A stretch of DNA of 59,889 nucleotides, the filler included. It is 7 parts of 7 records of this genome, joined end to end, with 100 filler letters (N's around TTAATTAATTAA, not from the genome) between each part and the next. Parts side by side here need not be neighbours in the genome. Positions count along the whole stretch, not along the records: positions 10,000 to 15,509 come from SRR31156797_18615; positions 15,610 to 21,239 come from SRR31156797_18628; 5 more parts are not named here. The stretch is one strand, 5' to 3'. Within the stretch, counting starts at the first letter, position 1; the number at the start of each line of letters is the position of its first letter. A program made the translations under genes and the position numbers. The notes under the pieces were generated by a model. That model was not told the DNA's origin, searched no databases, and saw nothing but the letters and a program-made list of their open reading frames with translations. Positions 10,082 through 19,141 of the stretch are shown piece by piece.

Positions 10082-13000
10082 ATGGAGAAAACGCCAACAC
10101 AGGAATCACTGTTTCATCGGCTGGTGCAACGCTGGTTTAAAGAGCGAATCGGTCCGCCGACGTCGATCCAGGAAAAAGCCTGGCCGCTGATTGCATCTGG
10201 CCGACATCTGCTCATCACTGCACCTACGGGAAGTGGAAAAACGCTATGTGCTTTTTTATGGGCTCTCAATCAATTGATATCAGGGAACTGGGAAACGGGT
10301 GTAACGCAAGTCCTGTATGTTTCGCCCCTGAAGGCATTGAACAATGACATCCATAAAAATTTAATACGGCCCCTAACGCAGCTTCGAGAATTATTTCAAC
10401 ATGAAAATGCCTTTTTCCCGGCAATCCGAGTGATGACCAGAAGTGGGGATACCCCTTCCAGCCAAAGAAGAGAGATGATCCGGAACCCACCGGAGATTCT
10501 TATTACAACTCCGGAGAGTCTTCATCTTATGCTCTCCTCCCAGGGCGGACTATCCATTTTGGGCCGAATCCGAACGGTCATTATGGATGAAATCCACGCC
10601 GTCGTGGGAAATAAAAGGGGAACGTTGCTCATCAGTGCCGCGGACCGCCTGGTACCCTTATGTGGTGAATTTCAGCGTATTTCCCTCTCCGCGACGGTCA
10701 ATTCCCCACAGACCGTGGCGGATTTTGTCGGCGGCTATCGGATTGAAGGCGCTTTGTCTGATCCGATCTTTCGAAAAAGATCGGTGGAGCATTGTGACTC
10801 TTTATCTGTTCGATCGTTTCTCATTGATATTCATTTGGCGGAAACGGTTCTTACCGGTCAACATACACGAAGCGTTTGGGAGGATATGGCCGATGAATTC
10901 AGCCGGACAATCGTAACAAACCGTTCGACGATCATCTTTGTCAATTCCAGACGTCTGTGCGAAAAATTGACCTTTCTCATCAATTCGGACCGAAAAGAAC
11001 CGATTGCTTATTCCCACCATGGCTCCCTTTCCAAAGAGCTGAGGCTGGATGTGGAGCAGCGGCTAAAAAACGGCCGGTTGAAAGCGATTGTTGCCACCTC
11101 GTCGCTGGAATTGGGGATCGATATCGGTTCTTTGGAACATGTGATTTTAGTGCAATCGCCTCCTTCCGTATCATCGGCCATTCAGCGTATCGGACGCGCA
11201 GGACACGCGGTGGGAGGAACCAGCAAGGCGACCTTTTTCCCGACCCATGCATTGGATGCAGTGAACGCCGCCGTATTGGCAAAGGCCGTACTAGACAAAG
11301 AGATCGAACCGGTTTCGCCGGTTCGTTGCCCGCTTGACGTCCTGGCTCAAATTATCATCTCCATGATTGGAACGTCTACTTGGGACATGGATGAACTTTA
11401 TTCTACCATTCGTTCCTTTTATCCGTTTCACGATCTCCAACGCATGGCCTATGATTTGGTGATCGAAATGCTGGCCGGCCGATATGCTTCAACGAGAATC
11501 GCCTCTTTACGCCCCAAATTGGCCTTGGACAAGGTGGAGAATACGCTGACGGCAAGAAAAGGAGCTTTGCTCTCTTTGTATACGTCCGGAGGGGTTATTC
11601 CGGATCGAGGATATTTTGCCCTGCGCCACCAGGGGACCGGAGCACGCATCGGAGAGCTGGACGAAGAGTTTGTATGGGAGGCAAAAAAAGGACAGGTTTT
11701 TACCCTGGGAACCCAAAACTGGAAGATTGACCGGATTACCCACAATGATGTTTTTGTTCGACCGGCAAATCCAAAAACGCCTGCTCCCCCCTTTTGGCGG
11801 GCGGAGGATGTGAGTAGGGATTTCCATTTGTCGCAAAAGATTGGCTGTTTTCTCGAAACAGCACAAGGTCACATGGAGGAGCAAGAATCTGCAAAACAAT
11901 TGATGACCGGACTTGGATTGAAAAGCGACTGCGCTCTTTTTTTATTCGATTTTTTCAAAAGACAGCAGGAGAAAACCGGCTGTCCACTGCCCCACCGACA
12001 TCACGTCGTCGTTGAAACGATGCCTCCCCAAAAAGGAGATGAATCGGTTTGCCAAGTTGTCATTCACACTTTTTGGGGCGGTCGGGTAAACCGGCCTTTT
12101 GCCCTGGCGATTGAAGAAGCCTGGGAAAAGCGTTACGGATATGCACCGAGAATATTTCCCACAAACGACGCTTTGTATCTGCTGCTGCCGGATGAAACCG
12201 ACAAGGGCGGGCTCATGACCTTGGTACAGGCCGATGCCGTGGATTCTCTGGTTCGACAGCGACTCGAAGGATCGGGGATTTTTGGCGCACGGTTTCGCGA
12301 ATGTGCCGCCAGGGCGCTTTTGCTTCCAAGAAACAATTTCAACCAACGCATGCCCTTATGGCTCACCCGGCAAAAATCCCAGCAGCTTTTGGAGACGTTG
12401 GGAACCTTCAGTGACTTTCCTATTTTGCTGGAGACATGGCGAACGTGCCTCTCAGACGATTTTGATATGGATTCTTTGAAAAGAGTGCTCCTAGAGATGG
12501 AAAACGGCGATATCCGCTGGTCCGAGGTCCACACCCTTTCTCCCAGTCCAATGTCGCTTTCCGGTTCATGGAGAATGATCAATCAGTATATGTACGCAGA
12601 AGATCGTCAGCAGGGGAAAGTAAAAACCGATTTGTCCGATGACTTGATTCGGCAAGTGGTCTATTCCCCAGAATTGAGGCCGAAGGTGAGCGTCGGTGTC
12701 ATCGATAGGTTTACGGAAAAACGACAACGCCTCTATCCAGGGTATGCGCCCGATACGGCATTGGAAATATTGGAGTGGGTGAAGGAAAGAATCATTATCT
12801 CTTTCGATGAATGGGAAGCCCTGATGGTAAGGTCCCAAAAAGAGAGCGGAATATCTCAACAGGACCTGCTGGCTCCCCTGGCCGGTAAATTGCTGCGGAT
12901 TTTTCCGGTGTCGCCGTCTGCGCCGGATAACGGTTTGATTGTTGCAACGGAATTGGCAACCTCGATTGCGTGTGGTTTTTATAAAAACCGCAAGGGCCTT

Positions 13001-14617
13001 CGATGGACCACCTTGGAGGGGAAACCCGTCCGGATTGCCAACGTTTTGGATGAACGTCAGGACCATGCAGGACAATACCTGGGCCAATGGCTTCGGTGTT
13101 ACGGTCCTGTGACAAAGGGCTTTATAGGCAATTGTCTGCATATAGAGAACGATCATTTGTCCGAATTATTGTCCGGTTTGATGGAAACCCAATCCATTAT
13201 TTCGGGCATGCTGGTGAGAGGGAAAAAGGATGAAACAATCTGCGATGCGGAAAATTTCGAATCCCTCTTGCGCATATCAAGACACCGAAAAAAACCAACG
13301 ATAAAGCCAAGAAAGTTGACGACCCTACCCTCGGTACTGGCACATTTCCAGAAAATGATGCCTGCTGGCGAATCCATTGAATCTTTGGTCGATTGTATGC
13401 AACGACTCATGGGATATCCGCTGCCTGGACAACTTTGGGAAACAGAGGTTCTGCCGGCTCGACTTATGGATTACAATCCGCAATGGATGGATCGACTGAT
13501 CCAGGAAACTGGACTGATGTGGATGGGGCGTGAGAGCCGTAAAGTGGTTTTTTGCCATGAACAGGATCTTGATCTGTTTGAGGCGGGACCAGATGAGAAT
13601 TCGGATATCCGATTAACAAAGGAAAAAAGATTGGACGCCATCTCCAGTCTGTTTCCCGGCAGCCGCGGCAGGTATACCCTGGCCGATTTATCGATAAACG
13701 CTTCGAAGTCGCCAAAAGAGTTGCGGCAATTGCTATGGAAGGGGGTATGGGAGGGATTAGTTCTCAATGATAGCATGGCGGCACTTAGACAGGAGATCGG
13801 AAAAGGATACACTAAAAGGCAACCTGATGGTGGACGAAACCTCACTTTTCCGGGTTCCAGGTCCTCTTTCAGAAAACGTTCGTACAGGCGTTTTCCGATG
13901 CACGGCGAACCCTCGGCGGGAACCTGGCGCAGGTTCGTACGACCCGATCAGCCATCTGGTATGATAGAGACGGAAGAGTTGGGCAAGGAACGGGTTCGTC
14001 TCCTTCTGGATCGATACGGAATCTTGTTTCGTCAACTGTTGGCAAGAGAGCTACCTGTTTTGCAATGGTCTTCAATTTTCAGGTCGTTACGCCTGATGGA
14101 ATTGTCAGGAGAGGTTGTTTGTGGATATTTTTTTGAAGATATTTCAGGGTTGCAGTTTGCGTCAAAAAAAATGCTCGGGGTGTTGCAAAAAAAACAATCC
14201 GATACGTGCTCCGATCCTCCGAAGGATTGCGTATTCTGGATCAATGCCCAGGACCCTATCTCTATTTGCGGTCTCGGAGTGGATGCACTAAAGGGAAAAA
14301 TGCCTCGACGCTTGGCAGGTACGCACCTGGTATATCTCGGAAACCGGTTGGCACTTGTATCTCAGCAGTCGGCGAAAAAACTATCCATTTACCTTTTATC
14401 CGACCATCTTCGATTACCAGATTGTTTGTGTGTGTTTGACCATCTTCTGGGTAGAAAGATCGCCCCGCTCTCTTACCTAACGCTGGAAACCATTAACGGA
14501 AAAAATGCTGTGGATAGCCCCTACCTTGCGGTTTTTAAAAAAAAATTCGATGTCGTACCGGAAGAAAAGTCGATCACGCTTTATCGTGCAATCTCAAACG
14601 GGGCCGACCATGGATGA
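10082..14617 (+). CDS. lhr: Lhr-family SF2 helicase, full length (core plus C-terminal winged-helix/glycosylase-like region)
   Basis: APTGSGKT, YVSPLKALNND, ITTPESL, DEIH, SAT, HHGSLS, SLELGIDIG, QRIGRAGH, IGELDEEF and LLDRYGIL; ATG at 10082 preferred over GTG at 10064. Confidence 0.93.
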   Translation: MEKTPTQESLFHRLVQRWFKERIGPPTSIQEKAWPLIASGRHLLITAPTGSGKTLCAFLWALNQLISGNWETGVTQVLYVSPLKALNNDIHKNLIRPLTQLRELFQHENAFFPAIRVMTRSGDTPSSQRREMIRNPPEILITTPESLHLMLSSQGGLSILGRIRTVIMDEIHAVVGNKRGTLLISAADRLVPLCGEFQRISLSATVNSPQTVADFVGGYRIEGALSDPIFRKRSVEHCDSLSVRSFLIDIHLAETVLTGQHTRSVWEDMADEFSRTIVTNRSTIIFVNSRRLCEKLTFLINSDRKEPIAYSHHGSLSKELRLDVEQRLKNGRLKAIVATSSLELGIDIGSLEHVILVQSPPSVSSAIQRIGRAGHAVGGTSKATFFPTHALDAVNAAVLAKAVLDKEIEPVSPVRCPLDVLAQIIISMIGTSTWDMDELYSTIRSFYPFHDLQRMAYDLVIEMLAGRYASTRIASLRPKLALDKVENTLTARKGALLSLYTSGGVIPDRGYFALRHQGTGARIGELDEEFVWEAKKGQVFTLGTQNWKIDRITHNDVFVRPANPKTPAPPFWRAEDVSRDFHLSQKIGCFLETAQGHMEEQESAKQLMTGLGLKSDCALFLFDFFKRQQEKTGCPLPHRHHVVVETMPPQKGDESVCQVVIHTFWGGRVNRPFALAIEEAWEKRYGYAPRIFPTNDALYLLLPDETDKGGLMTLVQADAVDSLVRQRLEGSGIFGARFRECAARALLLPRNNFNQRMPLWLTRQKSQQLLETLGTFSDFPILLETWRTCLSDDFDMDSLKRVLLEMENGDIRWSEVHTLSPSPMSLSGSWRMINQYMYAEDRQQGKVKTDLSDDLIRQVVYSPELRPKVSVGVIDRFTEKRQRLYPGYAPDTALEILEWVKERIIISFDEWEALMVRSQKESGISQQDLLAPLAGKLLRIFPVSPSAPDNGLIVATELATSIACGFYKNRKGLRWTTLEGKPVRIANVLDERQDHAGQYLGQWLRCYGPVTKGFIGNCLHIENDHLSELLSGLMETQSIISGMLVRGKKDETICDAENFESLLRISRHRKKPTIKPRKLTTLPSVLAHFQKMMPAGESIESLVDCMQRLMGYPLPGQLWETEVLPARLMDYNPQWMDRLIQETGLMWMGRESRKVVFCHEQDLDLFEAGPDENSDIRLTKEKRLDAISSLFPGSRGRYTLADLSINASKSPKELRQLLWKGVWEGLVLNDSMAALRQEIGKGYTKRQPDGGRNLTFPGSRSSFRKRSYRRFPMHGEPSAGTWRRFVRPDQPSGMIETEELGKERVRLLLDRYGILFRQLLARELPVLQWSSIFRSLRLMELSGEVVCGYFFEDISGLQFASKKMLGVLQKKQSDTCSDPPKDCVFWINAQDPISICGLGVDALKGKMPRRLAGTHLVYLGNRLALVSQQSAKKLSIYLLSDHLRLPDCLCVFDHLLGRKIAPLSYLTLETINGKNAVDSPYLAVFKKKFDVVPEEKSITLYRAISNGADHG

Positions 14618-15509
14618 GTTGAAAATTCAAAACCAGTCTTCTGTCGACTTGCCAGGCAAGCGATCAAAGGTATCGAAGCAACGTTTTGATGTCGAGAAAG
14701 TCGCCAAGAAAAAAGATTTTTCTGGAAAAATACAACAAAACAGACCTCGCTTTTCAATTGCCAGGAAAGATTTACATACCTTAAGAAACCTTCTGGTGGA
14801 CCTGACAGATCGAACCCGCAATCAAAAAAGAGACGGATCCATTTTGAGCCAGCCGTCCTTGAAAACAACGTTTTCCAAAATAGAACAAACTCTTTATCCC
14901 GGAAGGCTAAGCGGTCCTTCAGATCAATTGGCACAACGGATTAGAGCCTTTGTCTTGAATTCAGGGATCTATTTCGAAAAGAGACTGGAATCGGCAATTC
15001 GGCATCTCGAATCCAAGCGCGGGCCGATGGATTCCGAGACAATGGCCAAACATCCTGTTATCCGTGCTTTGATGTCAACAGATCTTAAACCCAACTTATT
15101 GGTTTTAAACAAGTTATTGGATTCCGCCATCTCCGGATCTCCCAAAGGGGGACGAACTCTGATTGATACAATGAAAAATCTGGTTCATCGAACTCTAACA
15201 AATATTGGGGATCAGCAAATATTCGCGTCGGAAAAACCGTCTGACCCGGATCTTCTTCAGGTGTTCTTTCACCATTTGCTCTTCGAAGAACTGGATAAAG
15301 ATGCGCAGTTGAAAATTTACTATCAAAATAAACGCAGGAGAGACGCCACTAAACAACCACGGCTATCGGTGCTGCTTGAGATGGCGCAGTTGGGAGGGGT
15401 GCGAACCGACTTTTGGATGGCTGGCAGCAGCTTGAATATAACTTTTTTTGTTGAAACGGAATGGGCGAAAAACCAAATCAATAAAAAACGGCGCGATTTG
15501 GAAAAAAAA
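14610..15509 (+). CDS. FliK-like (flagellar hook-length control) C-terminal-domain protein, 3' truncated
   Basis: NSGIYFE and DLKPNLL motifs, then LSVLLEMAQLGGVRTDF...LNITFFVE resembling the Flg_hook domain; ATG at 14610 overlaps the lhr stop. Confidence 0.6.
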
Positions 15510-15609
15510 NNNNNNNNNNNNNNNNNNNNNNNNNNNNNNNNNNNNNNNNNNNNTTAATTAATTAANNNNNNNNNNNNNNNNNNNNNNNNNNNNNNNNNNN
15601 NNNNNNNNN
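15510..15609. other. Artificial contig spacer
   Basis: N44-TTAATTAATTAA-N44. Confidence 0.99.
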
Positions 15610-16412
15610 GCAGCCTTTAACCGGCTTACCGAAATGCGGTTCGGAAAACCATTACTTACACTTAAGTACACCTTTAATTTACCGTTTTCAAGCGACTTTA
15701 TTTCCGAAATTACATTTCGGGTAACGATGAACTGCCGGTTTGCCCTGAAATACATTTCGGCAGGTAAAAAATCGCTTAGTCCTTCCAGCGATTTATCGTG
15801 AATGTATTGTTTGCTTTCAGTAGTTACAACATAAGTAATTTTATTCGATGAATACAAAAAGGCAATTTCGTTAAAACCCAAATAAAACGTTTTATTTCCT
15901 ACGCGTAAAGCCAGTCGTTCACTCTCTTTTTTAAGTGGAATTTCTACATCAGGATTTTTTTGAGGATGATTCTTTTCCAGTGTTTCAACCGTTAAAACAA
16001 TGCTGTCAATTTTAACCACCTTTACTTTTTCTCCCACCTGAATAATTTCATTGGTTTGGGGAATACTTTTCCACTGGTCGCCATCGATAGCAACACAACC
16101 TGTATTTTTATTCTCGTTAATCTCTTCAATTACTTTTCCGATTCGGCCAACTAAACCACCGGCATTTGTTTTTAATATTTTTTTACGGTACGCATAATTC
16201 TTCATTAACGGTTTAACTCCAATAATCCCGCCCAGTGTACCCATAATAAACAAAACAATTTGTACCGCCATTGGCGCATGAAAAACAGCTCCAACAAAAG
16301 CCATAATACAACCGAATCCGATACCAGCCATTAAAAACGACGGAATAAAAATTTCAAGGATAAAAAAAAGGATGGCAGCCAAAATCCAAAGGTGCCAGAC
16401 ATCAAATTCCAT
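15610..16412 (-). CDS. NfeD (YbbJ-like TM + OB-fold) fused to a LytTR DNA-binding domain; last residues truncated
   Basis: N-half: WHLWIL...ILEIF, LVGRIGKV, GDQWKS and GEKVKVVKIDSIVLTVE. C-half: EIAFLYS, KSLEGL, YFRANRQFIV and ISVSR. Confidence 0.8.
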
Positions 16413-16416
16413 AGGT

Positions 16417-17205
16417 TTATTTTCTAAGTTGATTTATTTTTTGCATGTAATTTTTAACTCTTTCCCGATCAACTTCATTTTCCCAAATTCCATTCTTTTT
16501 AAAAGACGATCCCACAATAAAAGCATCGGCTGCTTTCCAGTATTCAAAAATATTGTATGAATCGATTCCCGACCCAACAATTACAGGAAGTTTAGTAATT
16601 TTTCTTACCGCTTCCACTTCTTCAACCAACGCTTTTTCTCCGGTTGCTTTGCCGGTAATAATTAAGCCGTCGCTTAAAAAAAACGCTGCAGCTTTTGCTG
16701 TTTCAACCAATGAAATATCGTTGGTCACTGCATGCGAGGAATGTTTCTTTTTTATATCGGTATATATTCGAATATTTCCGGCTCCAATTTTCTCCCGGTA
16801 ACGCAATAACTCTCCTGCGTCGCTGTTCATCCAACCTTCGTCGGCGAGATGACCAAACACAAATCCCTCTGCTCTTATAAATTCCAATCCGGCTGCCAGT
16901 GCAACAGCTAGCGCATCTTTATTTGCACCCGCCAGAATCTGGATTCCCATTGGAAGCATGATCTCTTTTTTTAATGCACAAGCTACTGCTGTCATTACCG
17001 CAGTCACCTCCACACCCACATTTTTATTTAAATACGGGCGATCGTGCATATTTTCAATCATAATTGCATCTATGCCTTCTTCTTTTAAAATCGATGATTC
17101 CTGCAGTGCTTTTTCAATAATTCTGTCTACACCATATTTATTCTTCGGAGTGCCTGGCAGCGCTCCGACATGTATCATTCCAATAATAGTTTTGTTTAGC
17201 TTCAA
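16417..17205 (-). CDS. BtpA/SgcQ-family TIM-barrel protein
   Basis: IIGMIHVGALPGTP, ENMHDRPY, DIKKKHS, TGKATG and IVGSG motifs. Confidence 0.92.
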   Translation of the reverse strand: MKLNKTIIGMIHVGALPGTPKNKYGVDRIIEKALQESSILKEEGIDAIMIENMHDRPYLNKNVGVEVTAVMTAVACALKKEIMLPMGIQILAGANKDALAVALAAGLEFIRAEGFVFGHLADEGWMNSDAGELLRYREKIGAGNIRIYTDIKKKHSSHAVTNDISLVETAKAAAFFLSDGLIITGKATGEKALVEEVEAVRKITKLPVIVGSGIDSYNIFEYWKAADAFIVGSSFKKNGIWENEVDRERVKNYMQKINQLRK

Positions 17206-17349
17206 TCGATTTATTTTTGACTTAATGGCTAAAGTTAAATTGAAATCGGCAAACTTCCGCGGTAACGCTTAAAAAAAATCATATTCCGCTCATTTTCAAA
17301 ATGAATTCGTACTTTTATATTGATAATAAAATACCTAAATCGAAGAATT

Positions 17350-18057
17350 ATGAAGAACCTGGTAACCCTCTTTTTTTTCATTTTATGCCTGTTTTTTTAT
17401 ACTTGTTCAACAAAAAATGAAACAAATACTTTATCGGAAAAAGAGAAAGCAGATGGCTGGGGATTACTTTTTGATGGTAAAACTTTAGATAACTGGAAAA
17501 CTTTTAACGGCGGAGAAGTTACCGGTTGGAAAATTGTTGATAGCGAACTTCATAATTCAGGAGTGGGTTCAGATCATGGTGGCGATATTATTACCAAAAA
17601 ACAATACGAAAATTTTGAGTTATACCTGGAATGGAAAGTTTCGCCGGAAAGTAATTCAGGAATATTTATTCATGTTCAGGAAGGAATTACGGATGCCATT
17701 TATGAATCGGGGCCGGAATACCAGATAATTGACGATAAAGGATGGCCGACACAATTGGAAGACCACCAGTACAGCGGGGCTAATTATGCTATGAATAAAC
17801 CGGTTAATGCAGAAGTAAAACCGTTGAATGAATGGAATACGAGCAGGATTATTGTGAATAATCCGCATGTTGAACATTGGCTAAACGGAAAGAAAGTGGT
17901 AGAATACAATTTATGGAGCAACGACTGGAAAGAAAAAAAAGCGGCAGGGAAATGGGCTGATTCACCACACTATGGCGCAGCAAAATCGGGTCACATTGGA
18001 TTACAAGACCACGGCGGATTAACCTTGTTCCGGAATATTAAAATCAGAGAATTATAA
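17350..18057 (+). CDS. DUF1080 / 3-keto-disaccharide hydrolase-family secreted (lipo)protein
   Basis: LFDGKTLDNW, NSGIF, GPEYQIID, EWNTSRI, GHIGLQDHG and FRNIKIREL; signal peptide from the ATG at 17350. Confidence 0.9.
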   Translation: MKNLVTLFFFILCLFFYTCSTKNETNTLSEKEKADGWGLLFDGKTLDNWKTFNGGEVTGWKIVDSELHNSGVGSDHGGDIITKKQYENFELYLEWKVSPESNSGIFIHVQEGITDAIYESGPEYQIIDDKGWPTQLEDHQYSGANYAMNKPVNAEVKPLNEWNTSRIIVNNPHVEHWLNGKKVVEYNLWSNDWKEKKAAGKWADSPHYGAAKSGHIGLQDHGGLTLFRNIKIREL

Positions 18058-18164
18058 AATTCAACAGGAACAATTTTCTAAAAAAAGAAAAGCAAGAAAC
18101 TTCTATACCAACCTGCTTTCACAAAAAGACATAAAAAATTATCTTTGCCTGAAAATAATACAAA

Positions 18165-19109
18165 ATGGCATTTACTGCATTCCGGGAAATGAAACCTTTT
18201 TCCCAGCTTATGTTTTCAATTTTTGTAATAATTGCTTCTTTCCTGGCTTTTATGATACTTTCACTGGTAGTTGCAATTCCATTATATGGAATCGACTCAC
18301 TGTTAAATATTCCTACAGTAAATGATTTAAACGACCCACAGAGTATTCAGGTTTTAAAATACTTCCAAATTATTCAATCCATTGGGTTGTTTATTGTACC
18401 TCCAATAATTTTAGCGTGGCTTTTTTATGGAAATGTTTCAAACTATTTATTTCTGAATAAGTCTTTTTTGTTTTCTTCGGTGCTAATTGTTTTGGTGCTT
18501 ACCGTAGTCGTTGCCCCGGTAATAAACCTGGTAGGCGAGATAAACACAAACATGCAATTTCCAAATTGGCTTGCCGGTGTTGAACGCTGGATGAAAAATT
18601 CAGAAGAGAATGCAGCGCTCCTAACTCAGGCTTTTTTAGATGTTGACTCGTTAAGCGGATTATCATTCAATATATTTATGGTTGCTTTTTTACCAGCCAT
18701 TGGCGAAGAACTTCTTTTTAGAGGAGTTATTCAGCGTATTTTTACCCGTTTAATGAAAAACAGTCACTGGGGAGTCTGGATTTCGGCCATTCTATTTAGT
18801 GCTTTACACATGCAGTTTTATGGTTTTATCCCTCGTTTATTACTCGGTGTTTTGTTTGGCTATCTTTTAGTTTGGAGTGGTTCGATGTGGATTCCGATTA
18901 TTGCTCATTTTTTTAACAACGCCTTTGCAATAATTGCTCTTTATCTTATTAACCAAAATAAAATAAGCCCTGCAATTGAAGAAATTGGAACAACCTCTAA
19001 CAGTATATATTTAGCCGCAATTAGTGGTATATTTGTCTTTATTTTGTTGTATGCCTTTAAAAGGCAAAATAGCGAAAATGAAATACTCCCGCAACATATT
19101 GATGCCTAG
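18165..19109 (+). CDS. CPBP (CAAX/Abi) intramembrane glutamic metalloprotease
   Basis: EELLFRG, FSALH and AHFFNN motifs; multiple TMs. Confidence 0.92.
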   Translation: MAFTAFREMKPFSQLMFSIFVIIASFLAFMILSLVVAIPLYGIDSLLNIPTVNDLNDPQSIQVLKYFQIIQSIGLFIVPPIILAWLFYGNVSNYLFLNKSFLFSSVLIVLVLTVVVAPVINLVGEINTNMQFPNWLAGVERWMKNSEENAALLTQAFLDVDSLSGLSFNIFMVAFLPAIGEELLFRGVIQRIFTRLMKNSHWGVWISAILFSALHMQFYGFIPRLLLGVLFGYLLVWSGSMWIPIIAHFFNNAFAIIALYLINQNKISPAIEEIGTTSNSIYLAAISGIFVFILLYAFKRQNSENEILPQHIDA

Positions 19110-19141
19110 CTTTTAAATTTTCACAACAAACGAAATAGTAA

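Noticed and set aside
14505-14609. Track start of the FliK-like ORF
   Set aside because: Would overlap lhr by more than 100 nt; the ATG at 14610 gives a normal coupled start
10266-14934. Many 60-200-aa alternative-frame ORFs inside lhr and the FliK-like gene
   Set aside because: Shadow ORFs expected at higher GC; no motifs, and overlapped by well-supported genes
16417-17205. BtpA as evidence of photosynthesis
   Set aside because: The BtpA/SgcQ family is widespread in non-phototrophs, and no photosystem genes are present
18165-19109. Abi-domain protein as abortive-infection defence
   Set aside because: Ordinary CPBP membrane protease motifs in a housekeeping context; the family name alone is not evidence
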